This document shows positions 1 through 12,200 of a stretch of 43,410 bases of DNA, one piece after another; position 1 is the first letter of the stretch, and the number at the start of each line of letters is the position of its first letter. A program made the translations under genes and the position numbers. Under the pieces are notes generated by a model. The model was not told where the DNA came from. It saw nothing but the letters and a program-made list of their open reading frames with translations, and ran no database searches. The stretch lies in assembly GCA_002256025.1 (NCBI GenBank), contig NKIB01014439.1, positions 1 through 43,410 on the forward strand. The letters are read 5' to 3'. The DNA is from Asterionella formosa. Its lineage: Eukaryota.

Positions 1-8
1 CTAGGTGC

Positions 9-2147
9 ATGGGTAGACCATGGATTACAGCCTGTTCTTCGAAGTCAGCTAAAACTGCTTGGACGGGAGCAAACCGCTTTGCCGATTCAATTTTCTTGTC
101 TGCCTTTCGGTCAGTTTGGTCTACTGGTAGTGATCCTACGCCAGCTACACATTCGTTACATTCTCTGACTCCGTCGGAAATTTTACGAGCGAGCAGTATC
201 GTAAAAGATAAGTTTAGCAGCGATACTTCCTTGCGATTTGTCGCCATCACCCTTGCCGAACCAAAAAAGGCGGAGGGCAACAGTGTGGAAACCAACAGAG
301 CTGCCGAAGTTCTTGTGCTGGACCCCAAAACAGGGTTGGCCACGGAACTTACAGTCAACCTGCTTGATGATTCCATCGCAAAGACAAAGCAGCTCCGTTC
401 TGGTGTCCAGCCCATGTTTACACCAGATGACTGTTTCCTAGCAGAACAGATTGTGAAGGAAAGTGATGTTGTAAAGAAAGCCCTAAAAGAACGCTATGGC
501 ATCACTGATATGTCCAAGATCGCGGCTGATCCCTGGAGCATACATCTTGCCGACGAAAACGACCGCAAGATGACACATCCCGAGAATCCTACCGACCCCG
601 CACTTCGTCTGGTGCAGACTTTTCTCTACCAACGTATGAGCGGTGCCGGACTGGAGGACAATCACTATGCTCATCCCATTGACATTGTGCCAGTAGTCGA
701 CTTGAACACTCAGACTGTGATCAAAATTGACGGTATTGAACGTGAACCTCCAAAGATTCCTGAGTTGAGCGTCAACTACCATCGTAACCTCCTCAAAACT
801 AATTCCTATTTGCAGTCGCAGTGGAGAGGTACCGCGCTGAAAGCTCTCGACATTACTCAGCCTGATGGACCCAGCTTCAGTGTCAGTGACGGGAACCTGG
901 TGAAGTGGCAGAACTGGAACCTACGAGTGGGGTTCAACTATAGAGAAGGATTGGTCCTCCATGAGGTCTCGTTTGATGGTAGGCCTGTCATGAACCGAGG
1001 TAGTTTGGTGGAAATGGCGGTCCCGTATGGCGACCCGAACCCCCCGTATCAACGCAAATGTGCATTTGATGTCGGTGATTATGGCCTGGGATACTGTGCT
1101 AACTCATTGGAGCTTGGGTGCGATTGCTTAGGACATATTCACTATTTTGATGCTGTTTTGAATGACTCGAAAGGAAATCCCAAAACTATCAAAAAGGCCA
1201 TTTGCATGCACGAAGAAGATGATGGGATTCTTTGGAAGCACGTGGAGTTCCGAAATGGACATAACGAAGCGCGTCGATCAAGAGAACTAGTCATATCTTC
1301 CATTGCGACAGTCGTAAACTATGAGTACTTATTCTATTGGCGACTTAAACTGGACGGCACTATCGATTTCGAGATTCGATTAAGTGGTGAACTTTCAACG
1401 AATCTACCTTCTGCCAGCGAAAATCCAGAAAAACCAGGCCACGGAATTTTAGTGGCACCGGGTGTCAACTCACAGGTGCACCAGCATATGTTCTGTGCTC
1501 GACTCGATATGGCTGTTGATGGGACAAAAAATACAGTCAGTGAAATCGACGTTCTGCCGGAGCCAGTTTCCGAGAGAAACCCTTATGGTAATGCGTTTGG
1601 TGCTGTTGAAACTGTCTTGAAGAGCGAGTCTGAAGGGGTTCGAATGTACGATGCGACAAAAGCTCGAGCATGGAAGATTTCCAATGCAGAAGGGAAGGTG
1701 AACCCTATAACAGGAAAACCAGTCTCGTACAAACTTATCCCATTTACTCGCGGAGCTGCTCAACCGGCCCTCTTGACCAACAACGAAATCTGTACTGTGA
1801 ATCACAAGGGAGCGTTCGCAAATGCTCATTTATGGGTTACTCCTTACGCAGTGGACGAACGTTACCCCTCCGGAGAATACACTCCACAATCCCAAGAAGT
1901 CGATGGCCTTCCGAAATGGATGATTGCAAACAGGAAAATTGAAGGTGAAGATGTTGTTTTGTGGCACGCTTTTGGAGTTACTCATATTCCTAGAGTAGAA
2001 GATTTCCCTGTAATGCCTTGCGAAACGACAGGGTTCACTTTGAAACCAGATGGATTCTTTTCTGGAAATCCAACCATTGACATCAAACCGGAAACAAACA
2101 AGAAAAGTGCGCTCGATGGCAATAGCTGCTGCTCCCCAAAGGAATAA
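9..2147 (+). CDS. Copper-containing (TPQ) amine oxidase
   Basis: Intronless 712-aa ORF with the TPQ consensus T-x-x-N-Y-E-Y (TVVNYEY), the HQH copper ligands (QVHQHMF), the third His in GVTHIPRVEDFPVMP, and the AFDVGDYGLG and LELGCDCLG motifs. The start lies at the window edge, so the true N-terminus is uncertain. Confidence 0.95.
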   Translation: MGRPWITACSSKSAKTAWTGANRFADSIFLSAFRSVWSTGSDPTPATHSLHSLTPSEILRASSIVKDKFSSDTSLRFVAITLAEPKKAEGNSVETNRAAEVLVLDPKTGLATELTVNLLDDSIAKTKQLRSGVQPMFTPDDCFLAEQIVKESDVVKKALKERYGITDMSKIAADPWSIHLADENDRKMTHPENPTDPALRLVQTFLYQRMSGAGLEDNHYAHPIDIVPVVDLNTQTVIKIDGIEREPPKIPELSVNYHRNLLKTNSYLQSQWRGTALKALDITQPDGPSFSVSDGNLVKWQNWNLRVGFNYREGLVLHEVSFDGRPVMNRGSLVEMAVPYGDPNPPYQRKCAFDVGDYGLGYCANSLELGCDCLGHIHYFDAVLNDSKGNPKTIKKAICMHEEDDGILWKHVEFRNGHNEARRSRELVISSIATVVNYEYLFYWRLKLDGTIDFEIRLSGELSTNLPSASENPEKPGHGILVAPGVNSQVHQHMFCARLDMAVDGTKNTVSEIDVLPEPVSERNPYGNAFGAVETVLKSESEGVRMYDATKARAWKISNAEGKVNPITGKPVSYKLIPFTRGAAQPALLTNNEICTVNHKGAFANAHLWVTPYAVDERYPSGEYTPQSQEVDGLPKWMIANRKIEGEDVVLWHAFGVTHIPRVEDFPVMPCETTGFTLKPDGFFSGNPTIDIKPETNKKSALDGNSCCSPKE

Positions 2148-2166
2148 GCCATTCAAGTACCAAGGA

Positions 2167-2818
2167 NNNNNNNNNNNNNNNNNNNNNNNNNNNNNNNNNN
2201 NNNNNNNNNNNNNNNNNNNNNNNNNNNNNNNNNNNNNNNNNNNNNNNNNNNNNNNNNNNNNNNNNNNNNNNNNNNNNNNNNNNNNNNNNNNNNNNNNNNN
2301 NNNNNNNNNNNNNNNNNNNNNNNNNNNNNNNNNNNNNNNNNNNNNNNNNNNNNNNNNNNNNNNNNNNNNNNNNNNNNNNNNNNNNNNNNNNNNNNNNNNN
2401 NNNNNNNNNNNNNNNNNNNNNNNNNNNNNNNNNNNNNNNNNNNNNNNNNNNNNNNNNNNNNNNNNNNNNNNNNNNNNNNNNNNNNNNNNNNNNNNNNNNN
2501 NNNNNNNNNNNNNNNNNNNNNNNNNNNNNNNNNNNNNNNNNNNNNNNNNNNNNNNNNNNNNNNNNNNNNNNNNNNNNNNNNNNNNNNNNNNNNNNNNNNN
2601 NNNNNNNNNNNNNNNNNNNNNNNNNNNNNNNNNNNNNNNNNNNNNNNNNNNNNNNNNNNNNNNNNNNNNNNNNNNNNNNNNNNNNNNNNNNNNNNNNNNN
2701 NNNNNNNNNNNNNNNNNNNNNNNNNNNNNNNNNNNNNNNNNNNNNNNNNNNNNNNNNNNNNNNNNNNNNNNNNNNNNNNNNNNNNNNNNNNNNNNNNNNN
2801 NNNNNNNNNNNNNNNNNN
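2167..2818. other. Assembly gap (others at 5106-5658, 19501-19632, 27065-27168, 32955-33566)
   Basis: Runs of N. Confidence 1.
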
Positions 2819-4712
2819 TGTTGTTCATGGAACGTAGGCCGCCCACGTTTTTTGTTAAATGCTTCGATATACTCCGGTTTGACTTCGTCATTGTGCAAGC
2901 CGCTGCCTCCATGGTAACTGATATCTAGGCCAACCAACTCCTCCAGGGAATCTGCACGGAGCCATCCCATGTAATTCAACCAGATGAAAAAGGGAAACAT
3001 TAGGAAGACTACCCAAGAAAAGATAAACAAAATGGCCGTAAGCTGGGCAGCCAGCAAGTGGGCGTCAAATGACCCGTTGGCCAAGGAATAGAACCATCCA
3101 TAGTGAGTGTCATGTCCATACACTTCCAACATATTACTTGAAGTAGCAAAAAATCCAACTGCAATCATTCCCCATGTTCCGCCGGCGAGATGAACAGGGA
3201 TGGCATCCACCGCGTCATCAATGCGGACCTTGAGCAACAGCTTGCTCACTCCCATGTAGAGCCATCCAGCGATCATACCGACTACTACGGCAGCCCAAGG
3301 TTCATAGACGGGACAACCAGCAGTAACAGAAACCAAGCCAGAAATAGCTCCATTCATGAGCATTAGCAAATCAAACTTGGCCTCACCAGTTAACCGTTCT
3401 TCTATCCAAAGATTGGTAAAAAGGGCACTAACACCTGCAGAAGCTGCCGAAAGGGTCGTGTTGACAGCAGCGCGGGCAGCAATGCCCCCGGTGTTGAGAG
3501 TCGAAGTCAAAAGAAGCGCTGAACCGGGGTTAAAACCATACCAGCCAAACCAAAGAATGAAAGTTCCTAGCATCTGTGTCATAACCAAGACATGGCACAA
3601 TAGAAAATTAGGGACCAAGAGTGCTGACAATGCTAATAGAAGCGGATTCTGTACATACCTGCAAGGCGACACTGTGCCCGGGGAACGGCTTTGGCGTTGG
3701 TAAAGGGTTTCCTCTTGCGTCGTAGAAACGACCTTTGCGTGGTCCAAGAATCATGGTGGCAAATAGAGCAGTAGTTCCACCGGTGATATGCACCACGCCA
3801 GAACCCGCAAAATCAACGGCTCCAATACCAAGGAACGGGTCTACATTGTAAGCGCTCAAGAACCCATTTCTGGACCAAACCGAATGTGCGATAACTGGAT
3901 AGACCCATCCAGTCAACATGACAGAGTAACAGAGATAGGCAGCCATTTGACATCTCTCTGCCAGAGTACCAGCTACAATTGTGGCGGAAGTAGCAGCGAA
4001 AGCGAACTGAAAGAGCCAGAACTCAAGGTCAGAAATTCCTAAAGGGAAGCGACGAGCGTCAATAGCGTTAGTAGGCGACGAGTAGCAACGACGTTCTGAG
4101 TGAAGAAACTGGGAAGCGAAACGCATTCGGAATCGGAAATTGTAACCCAAACCATCTACGACACCCCCCTGTCAGTTCAGTGCACGTACCAACCATGAAA
4201 AAGTTGGTAGTTCCAATAAACGTAGTAGCAGTGGTCTCGTTTTGCCCGCCAAAGGCAAACGCGAATCCCACAGAGAAAAAGCCTAGAGCAGCGCCGCAGG
4301 CATCCAGCAAGTTCTTCAACATGGTATTTCCAACGTTCTTGAGCCTGACACTCCCAGCGCAAAGCATGGCGAAACCTGCCTGCATGAAGAAGATTAACGC
4401 AGAAGCAAAGATCAAAAGCCATGCGTGGACATCGTAGGCGCTATCGAGCTGATGTTGCTCCAGACTGTCAGTCACGCACTGAAGTACCGACACGGAATCT
4501 TGTCCATTCGTACAGTACTCGTACACTTGGTTGGGATCTGCGCGCGTTGCGGTGGTAGCCGTGTTTGCAAGATGTCGGCGGCGCGGCCCATGGGAGCCTC
4601 GCGGAGGTGCAGATGCATGGGCACCCAGGAGTAACGCGGCCATCAGCAGAGCAAAATACACGCGGCCCGGCATAGAAAACGCCTTGCTTCGCCTAGCGGG
4701 AGAACGAGGCAT
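2819..4712 (-). CDS. AMT1: Ammonium transporter (AMT1-type), 3 exons, 3' end lost in gap
   Basis: Exons 4712-4190, 4038-3659 and 3573 to at least 2819. Intron 4189-4039 is GTACGT..TACTAAC..TTTAG and intron 3658-3574 is GTATGT..CAG; both preserve frame. Motifs: FFMQAGFAML, FWLFQFAFAAT, GTLAER, DFAGSGVVH, LWFGWYGFNPGS, IDDAVDAIPVH, EELVGLD. Confidence 0.95.
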
Positions 4713-6534
4713 TTTGCAAGAATCTGGCTTGAGATAATGAAGCGAAGCGGGTCCGGACGATGAAGGGGAGGAGATCGCAATGGGGGCGATGAGTGATTAT
4801 CTAATGACAGCAGAGTTATATTCAGACGCTTGTATCCAGTCGTCAGCAGTATTGGTGTCTTTGAAGTTTTGGAAAAGACGCACTTCTTCTTCTGAACAAA
4901 TGAGCAGAGGTTTTTTCGCAATATCGAGCTGGTTGGTTGTACCTTGCACCTATCGATGCATGAAAAAGTATTCCGGTATCCGGACAGCTAGACTCACCGT
5001 ATGTACTCGAGTGCGTTTTGCGCTACCGCTGCATGCCAGGTGCCATCACGTACCTGGTACTAGTAGGACCATTCATGATACCTGGTTCCGGTACCTGGTA
5101 GCGGCNNNNNNNNNNNNNNNNNNNNNNNNNNNNNNNNNNNNNNNNNNNNNNNNNNNNNNNNNNNNNNNNNNNNNNNNNNNNNNNNNNNNNNNNNNNNNNN
5201 NNNNNNNNNNNNNNNNNNNNNNNNNNNNNNNNNNNNNNNNNNNNNNNNNNNNNNNNNNNNNNNNNNNNNNNNNNNNNNNNNNNNNNNNNNNNNNNNNNNN
5301 NNNNNNNNNNNNNNNNNNNNNNNNNNNNNNNNNNNNNNNNNNNNNNNNNNNNNNNNNNNNNNNNNNNNNNNNNNNNNNNNNNNNNNNNNNNNNNNNNNNN
5401 NNNNNNNNNNNNNNNNNNNNNNNNNNNNNNNNNNNNNNNNNNNNNNNNNNNNNNNNNNNNNNNNNNNNNNNNNNNNNNNNNNNNNNNNNNNNNNNNNNNN
5501 NNNNNNNNNNNNNNNNNNNNNNNNNNNNNNNNNNNNNNNNNNNNNNNNNNNNNNNNNNNNNNNNNNNNNNNNNNNNNNNNNNNNNNNNNNNNNNNNNNNN
5601 NNNNNNNNNNNNNNNNNNNNNNNNNNNNNNNNNNNNNNNNNNNNNNNNNNNNNNNNNNGCATACGTAAAGTAATACGAGCGAATTGGAAGTACCAGTACT
5701 TACCGATACTTAGTAATGGTGCTGGACCTCGTGGCACGAACAAAAAGTAATTGCGGTCGGAGCGAGTAGCAGGTTACTAGTTGGTGCATGCAGGTACACA
5801 AACAATTACAGTAACTGTACATTCTGAGGAGCGAACAAACTGGTTTATCCGAGTCTTTAAGGCTGTCTGATGACATTCCTGACAGAACGGTGGCTATGCA
5901 ATACTCCGCACGTAGTAAACTGGTACCGGTTCTGAGTACCCAGCACTACCAAGGTCGCTTGAACAGCTGGACTTCTGTGCTAGCTCGACAAAGCAAGCCA
6001 GTCAAGCAAAATAAAATGGTCGAGGGGGGGTCATTGTTTGTTTTTGCTTTCTTGAGTCGTGCGTCGCGATGCATGTCCGCCAACTTGATGAGGACCGCAA
6101 TAGATATACCGCAAGGAGGCATATGTCAGAATGTGTCTGTTAGGCTGTTGATGTCGACAGGTGGTGTCCGAAGGCTGAATGTAGTCTGAAGAATGTCTAA
6201 ATGGAAAGAATAGACAGTAGTACTTCTACAGCAGAATACAATTCTATGCAAACGAGCAGCGCGAGAAAGATCTTGACCGGTCATTCCATGGCAGAACTGG
6301 AACGCGCTTGGAAGAAGCGCCATAAAATTCAATATGCATGTACATACCGTATACTTCATTGTCCTGGACCCCCCTGTAAATATTTTTTCGAGGTGGCACC
6401 AAACACCCATTAATATTCTAGACATAGACAAAGTAACGTGCTATAATTCTGATTTTTGTGGCGGAAATTGAATGACACTACTATTAAAAACTACCGGTAA
6501 TATCAGTACTACCAATGCATACTACATATTAATC

Positions 6535-7005
6535 ATGTCAACAACAAGATCAGCAACAATCAACAGCCGCCAAGATGGGGAGTTGCTCGGACTGACTGCT
6601 TCCAGCAACGGGCACTCATGTGAGCAACATTGATGCTGTGGGAAAGTGGTTAAGGCTGATGATGTGATCAGGTTCAAGCTGGTTGTTGTGTAGGATGAAT
6701 TGGGCAAGCCATTGGAGATGATCAAGGCTGTCCTCATCAAGGACGGCACGGAACTTTGCACTGTTGGGTTTCTGGGCAGAGAAGTTGCAGCAGTGCCTTC
6801 ACAACGGAGCAAGAACATCGACAAATTTGCGCAGGTGCTAGAACTGTATGATGACAATGAAAATTCTATGATAAGAAATAAGAGAAAGAGGAATGGCTTC
6901 ATTCCGCTTGATGGAGGATATTCAAGGCTAGGAGTAGATTCGATTGTAGCAGTCCTCAATAACAATTTAGAAATGAATTCTATACTATATATTATAATAT
7001 TGTAG
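6535..7005 (+). pseudogene. Passenger ORF inside the transposon, Cys/His motif plus HIRAN-like domain, two in-frame stops
   Basis: ATG 6535 is in frame with track ORF 6700-7005: ...GLTASSNGHSCEQH*CCGKVVKADDVIRFKLVVV*DELG...IKAVLIKDGTELCTVGFLGRE... Stops are at 6631 and 6691. The pattern AIKAV...VGFL-x-R recalls HIRAN domains. Confidence 0.6.
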
Positions 7006-7249
7006 AACAGTAAATAGACTCTAGAGTCGTTTCCTTCAGCATTTATAGTGATTGACATCAACTATAGTTCTGCTACCTTCAATGCGAAAAATCGAATCGT
7101 AAATTATGACTTGAGCTATTTAACATTAAAGCTATGGAATTGCTTCTACAAATCAACAATACAAGAATAGAGCATGCTTAAACAGACTATAAAGTTATAT
7201 TTCTAGTCACATGCTACACTTGTTGAATAAAATAGAGTCAGCAATTGTT

Positions 7250-7827
7250 TGCAATGTAACCAACCGCATTCCAAGTGTTCAAAATTGTTGATTGTGACAC
7301 CCTCAGCCAAGCTGTCCAAACCCACTGAGCGCTTCACCTTCATACCATGAGAATGGACAACCATCCAGTCCTCATAGGCATTCCTAAAAAACTCTTAAAG
7401 GGCTTGTTTAATCCAACGTCCAAAACTTGAAGTTTTGATATGTAGCCACCACAAATGAAGCTTGCCATCAAATGCTCCTGGAACTCGTCCATCAGGAGGT
7501 AGCTTGGTTGAGAATCATGGCTGATTGTCCATGGTTTTCAGACTTCCCGAATCCAAAGCGCAAACACCGATTCATCGACCCACGCCTTTGCCTGACAGCA
7601 ATAAACCATCTGTGAGGGATAAGCAAACTGTTAATTGTTGAATTCTCGTTGGCTGGATCCTGGCATCAGGTACTTCTTTGAAAACAACAAGAGGAGCAAG
7701 CTTCTCTCCAGACATGGTAACACCCAACAATACCATACTTACGTGCTACAGCCTTGATAATGCCGGAAAGTTCCCATGCTTCATCCACTATATCGCGCTT
7801 TTCTTGCAAGGTGAAGAACTTTCTCAT
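7250..7827 (-). pseudogene. Internally deleted pogo-family transposase (N-terminal HTH joined to DDE_1 remnants)
   Basis: Manual translation from ATG 7827 gives MRKFFTLQEKRDIVDEAWELSGIIKAVARKYGI (HTH-like). In other frames: VLLGVTMSGEKLAPLVVFK, QAKAWVDESVFALWIREV*KPW, YLLMDEFQEH, GGYISKLQVLDVGLNKPFK. Stops, frameshifts and deletions are present; the left boundary is approximate. Confidence 0.85.
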
Positions 7828-9204
7828 TTTTCACTTTTCGGTAACAGTGATCATATTTATAAATAATAGAAAAATGCGCGCCATCCTGTGGAATAAATAA
7901 AATTAACTTAGGACTAGTATAAGGGAAATCTCTTCATTTTCCTGGACCTCCCTTAAGTAAAATCAGTCAAATTCAGTCACGGCAGTGTACATTGGGAGTC
8001 CAGGACAATGAAGTATACGGTATGTGCTATATAACTGCATCGGGATACCGGTACTAGTAGGGGGTAGTTGTCTACCTGGGAGTTCTGAGAAATCCGAATT
8101 TAACCATATGATAGTAATAATAATAATAAATACTCCATTGCTTCTTTCACTTTACCTAAATACCGGTTCTGATGAGTAATAAAATAACATAATACTACTA
8201 GCCTGTTGTATGATTGATGGATCAACCCTGTTATCACTCCCCATAAATTAGAACACAGCATGACCCCACCAATTGTGTTTTGTCTAACTTTCTGACCACT
8301 CCAAAGGATTCCTGAAAAAACTAAAGACTAGCAGTCTGAGCACTGCTGACTTGGAAATCTTTGTGTTGTTCAATTCACAATCAAGCCTTGCTTCCGAATT
8401 CTTGCAGAGCTCACCATTGGTGCCACTGACACTATACTGCACATTCCACACAAACTTTTGGCTACGCCAGCTTCCAGTATTGGTTTTAACTAACATTAGA
8501 CATGCATGGACAAAATAAAAATGCTATAATTCTGTTTGCCCTCGTCATATCCACTGGTATATTTTTAAATGCAACCCTATAATTTCATGATATTTTCAAC
8601 ATTGAACTGTTTGGTAGTTTCGCACTGGCCAATTGAAATAAAAATTATATTGTGAGAATGTGGTTGTCAAAATCAATGTAGATAAAAAATGAAATATCAA
8701 TTTTTTGAGCAAAGCTCGGAATCTTGTTCGAAATGGATTTATCTAATTAAAAGCGAAATTGATGATGCAGCATTAAATCATACAAACTGGTACAAGCTGC
8801 TGGATTTTCAAATATGTACTGTAGTCATTAATTATGTTGAGACTGAAAATTACAGTTAAAAAAAATAAGTCAGGTTGTTGTTCCATCATATGAAATACCA
8901 CTAGCTAAATCCCAGTCGAGCCAGCCCTAGTACCAAAACTAGTGTAGATAAGTCATATGAGAAGATCTAATAAAAATGTGACAAGAACAATGAAGGTGAC
9001 AGAAAAAATGGATTTGTGAACAGGGCAATTATTGTTAAACGTTGCCAATAAAAAAATTTCAGGTAGCAATGTTGTGATTTTCTTTGCAATTACTTTTCAA
9101 TGGTTTCCACAAGCTCTAGCCTGATTTAGTTATTAAAAACTTAAAACTAGGTTACGATAGGTTCATTCTAACTTTTTTCATCGATAAAAGGATGTTATTG
9201 TTCA

Positions 9205-12200
9205 TTATGCTGAGGGATATTTGATGTCAACTTCTGTCAAATTTTCGCCCCATAGAATCCAGGGGTGTTCCAAGGCCTCCGAAGCACTTAGTCTACTGTC
9301 AGGGTCGATAATCAGCATGGCCTTACAAAAATTGACAAACAAGGCTTGTTCATAGAGATGAGGTCCAGGAAGTTGTTCCGCCTCATCTGGATCAAATCCT
9401 AACCTTGCAGCCATTGTTGTTCGCTTTGGTTGGAACACATCAAATAAACCATGCTCATCATCGTCTAGAATTGGAGATGACTTCTTCTCTTCATTATCGA
9501 CAAGCTCATAGAGAAGGCCACTCTTAGTGAAGAAACGACCACTCTGTCTCCCTTGAGCAATCATGTGACGAGGAAAGGCACCGCAAATCGCTTCGATACG
9601 ACTCAGCATCGAGACGATTGAGTCATTCTGGAAAGTTACTTCTCCTGTAAACATTTCACAGACAACGCAACCTAGAGACCACATGTCGATCTTCCCGTTA
9701 TAAGGTAGGCCAAGGATGACTTCAGGGGCTCGGTAGGATCTCGATTGAATATAGGACGACTGACGATCGGTCAAATAACAACTACTGCCAAAATCAATGA
9801 TCTTGATCATAGCTCGGCTGTATGAGCTAAGAAGGATATTTTCTGGTTTAATATCCGAATGGACCAGGCCCAGACTATGCACAAATTCCAAAGCAAGTAA
9901 ACATTGCTTTGTTATGTAGCACAGCCTTTTGAGAGTGAAGTAGGGTTCTTCGTCATTTTCAATGATAAATTTGCCAAACTCGAAAAGATTTTGCCGTAAC
10001 AGCTCTGTTACAATCACCAAATGCTCTCGGTGATAGAAGAAGGTCTTCATCTCAACAATGAACTTCTCCTGGCACTTGCCTGTTTGTCTTAAAAGTTCCA
10101 GAATTTTGATCTCATCCAAGGATTGATCGAAAAAGTCTTTTGTATTCTTGATAACTTTAAGGCACACTTCTTCATGATAGTCCCCAGCTCCAGTGGCATC
10201 AGAGTTCAAATCGATACAGCGATAAGCTGTACTAAAGGCAGCGCTTCCAAGCTCGTTTTCGACCAAGTATTGACCAGCCACAACATTTCCAGGTTCCAAA
10301 TGAAGATCTTTTGTCGGTTCGAAACCTGTGACGTGTGATTTGTAAATGATTGGAAGGAAAAAATATTCCAGATCGCCCATCTCGCCCTTTCCAGCAGTTT
10401 TCACTCCAGGAAAATCAGGATGACAATTCAGTACCGCTTCATCGCCTTCCGACTCTGCCTGATCTACACTTCCCTCTGAAAAGCCAGATTTTGAAGTTGA
10501 ATCACTTGAGTCTCCCGAGCTGTGCTGACTAAGGCTGGTCACTTTGATGACTGCTTCATGTCGCTTCTCCTCTCTATCTAATAATTGTTCGGCTTCCTCT
10601 AAATCACGTTCAAAATTGGGATCAGACACTCCATTCCAGTCCGCCAAAACGTCAAACTGCATTTTCTTCTTGCCATCAAAGTGTTTTTCAGATTCTCGTT
10701 TGAATCCGTTCACCATAAATTCGAACTGCGCTTCTACTCGCTTCAATTGCTGCTTAGACAGTCTGATAATTCGATATCCAGGTTCATTCGGGTTCGAATC
10801 ATCCCATGGAGGAATCTCACTCAGATGTTTAGTCGACTTGTCAACACCATATGGTAACAAATGAGCACACAATGATCGCATTAATTCATTGGCTTCATGA
10901 TCCAAACCAGAGTCGTTTGAATCATTTCCCCCTTCACCTTCCGCTTCGTTTTCCTCTGCTTCCGTCGTATATTTGTCTTTTTTTGCGACAGTGACCGAAT
11001 TTGATTCAAACTTCGAACCTTCTTGACTAACTGTTGATGCAATATACGCAACAAATGTTTCGGCTTCCTTGACAGCCAATGATATAGAGTCTATAATTGA
11101 TGACGCCGTGTCGCTCAAGACATCATCATCCCCATGACAGGTCGGCGATGGTTCCAAGTCCAAGACTACACCGGTCGTTCCTCCAGCCCGCTTGCTGAGA
11201 GGCCCCAAAACTGCCATTGGACCCAGAACATTCTCTAGTCCTTCGTCGCTGTCCTGTAAATAAGGTGCAGGGGGAGAAGAATCGTCATCATCAACAGTCA
11301 GCTTGGAAAGGGATCGTTGCGAAAATGCATTTTCTTGTGACAGATGGGCTTCCGAGATTTTTGAAGGTGGTAATCTCAGAGTTTCCTTGCTCTTAATTTC
11401 CAGCTCATCTTCGGCCAACAGATCGTCCACCACCGACCTTTTTTGTGACATGTCATCGTCACTTTGTGCTTGTGAAATCCTCCGGCTCGGTGGTGCTTCA
11501 CGTTGAAATTCTTGCGACCGTAGTGAGCAGGAGTCAACAGACAATAAATCATCCAATACATTCGCTAGATCAGAATTTGTATCATCTTTGGCACGCTCTA
11601 ATATTGCCAGCAACACACGTTCGACGCCCTTTTGCATCTCTTCTTGTGCAACTGCAGATAAAACGGAATGCTCTGCCGACATGGTGCGTGACAGCGGTCG
11701 TGTGATATCTGGTGAAGCCTCTCGAGAAGTTGCTTGCAACAATTGGTCGGTCCCCGTTCGATAAATTCTGGTCGGCATTGGTGCAACGAGAGTTGTTTTA
11801 GTTGAGACCGTGGATGCACCAATGATCGGTCTCTGCTCCTGTGTCTTTAGTTTGAGCATGTACTCCTCCATTTTATTTTCCCAATTGCGGTCGACGACAG
11901 GTGCAGCTACATCTGAGTGGCGCGATCGAAGGACAACATCGCCAGATAGATCCTTCGCTCGCAACCTGTCCAAGGCATCTCTAATTGCATCTTCATAGGG
12001 GTTCGAAGTTGGATTGGAAGATATTCTAGGCCCTCTTTCATTTGATCGTTGCTTTGGCATGTTGAGTATATCTTCTGTTTCTTGAAGAGATCGCAAGATT
12101 TCCGTATTGTCCGGTGACCGAGGGTTCACTTCGTCGGGGGTCATTGCCGGGTGTTCCGGTGCTAATGCCGTCCGCGTCGCGTCCAACGGTCCCTCCAAAG

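Larger units (their letters stand above)
6347..8020. mobile_element. Non-autonomous pogo-like (Tc1/mariner superfamily) DNA transposon with TIRs and TA target-site duplication
   Basis: Perfect 28-bp inverted repeat at 6342-6369 (acataccgtatacttcattgtcctggac) and 7998-8025. The termini are CCGTATAC...GTATACGG, flanked by TA at 6345-46 and 8021-22, and the element contains a decayed DDE_1 transposase. Confidence 0.88.

Noticed and set aside
1830..5743. Long track ORFs containing X runs (also 19249-19702, 26788-27396, 32909-33618)
   Set aside because: Artefacts of reading through N gaps.
6522..7061. 179-aa minus-strand ORF inside the transposon
   Set aside because: No motifs; it is antisense to the better-supported HIRAN-like frame.
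8030..9200. AT-rich block possibly being another TE
   Set aside because: No TIRs, TSDs or recognisable coding remnants found by eye.
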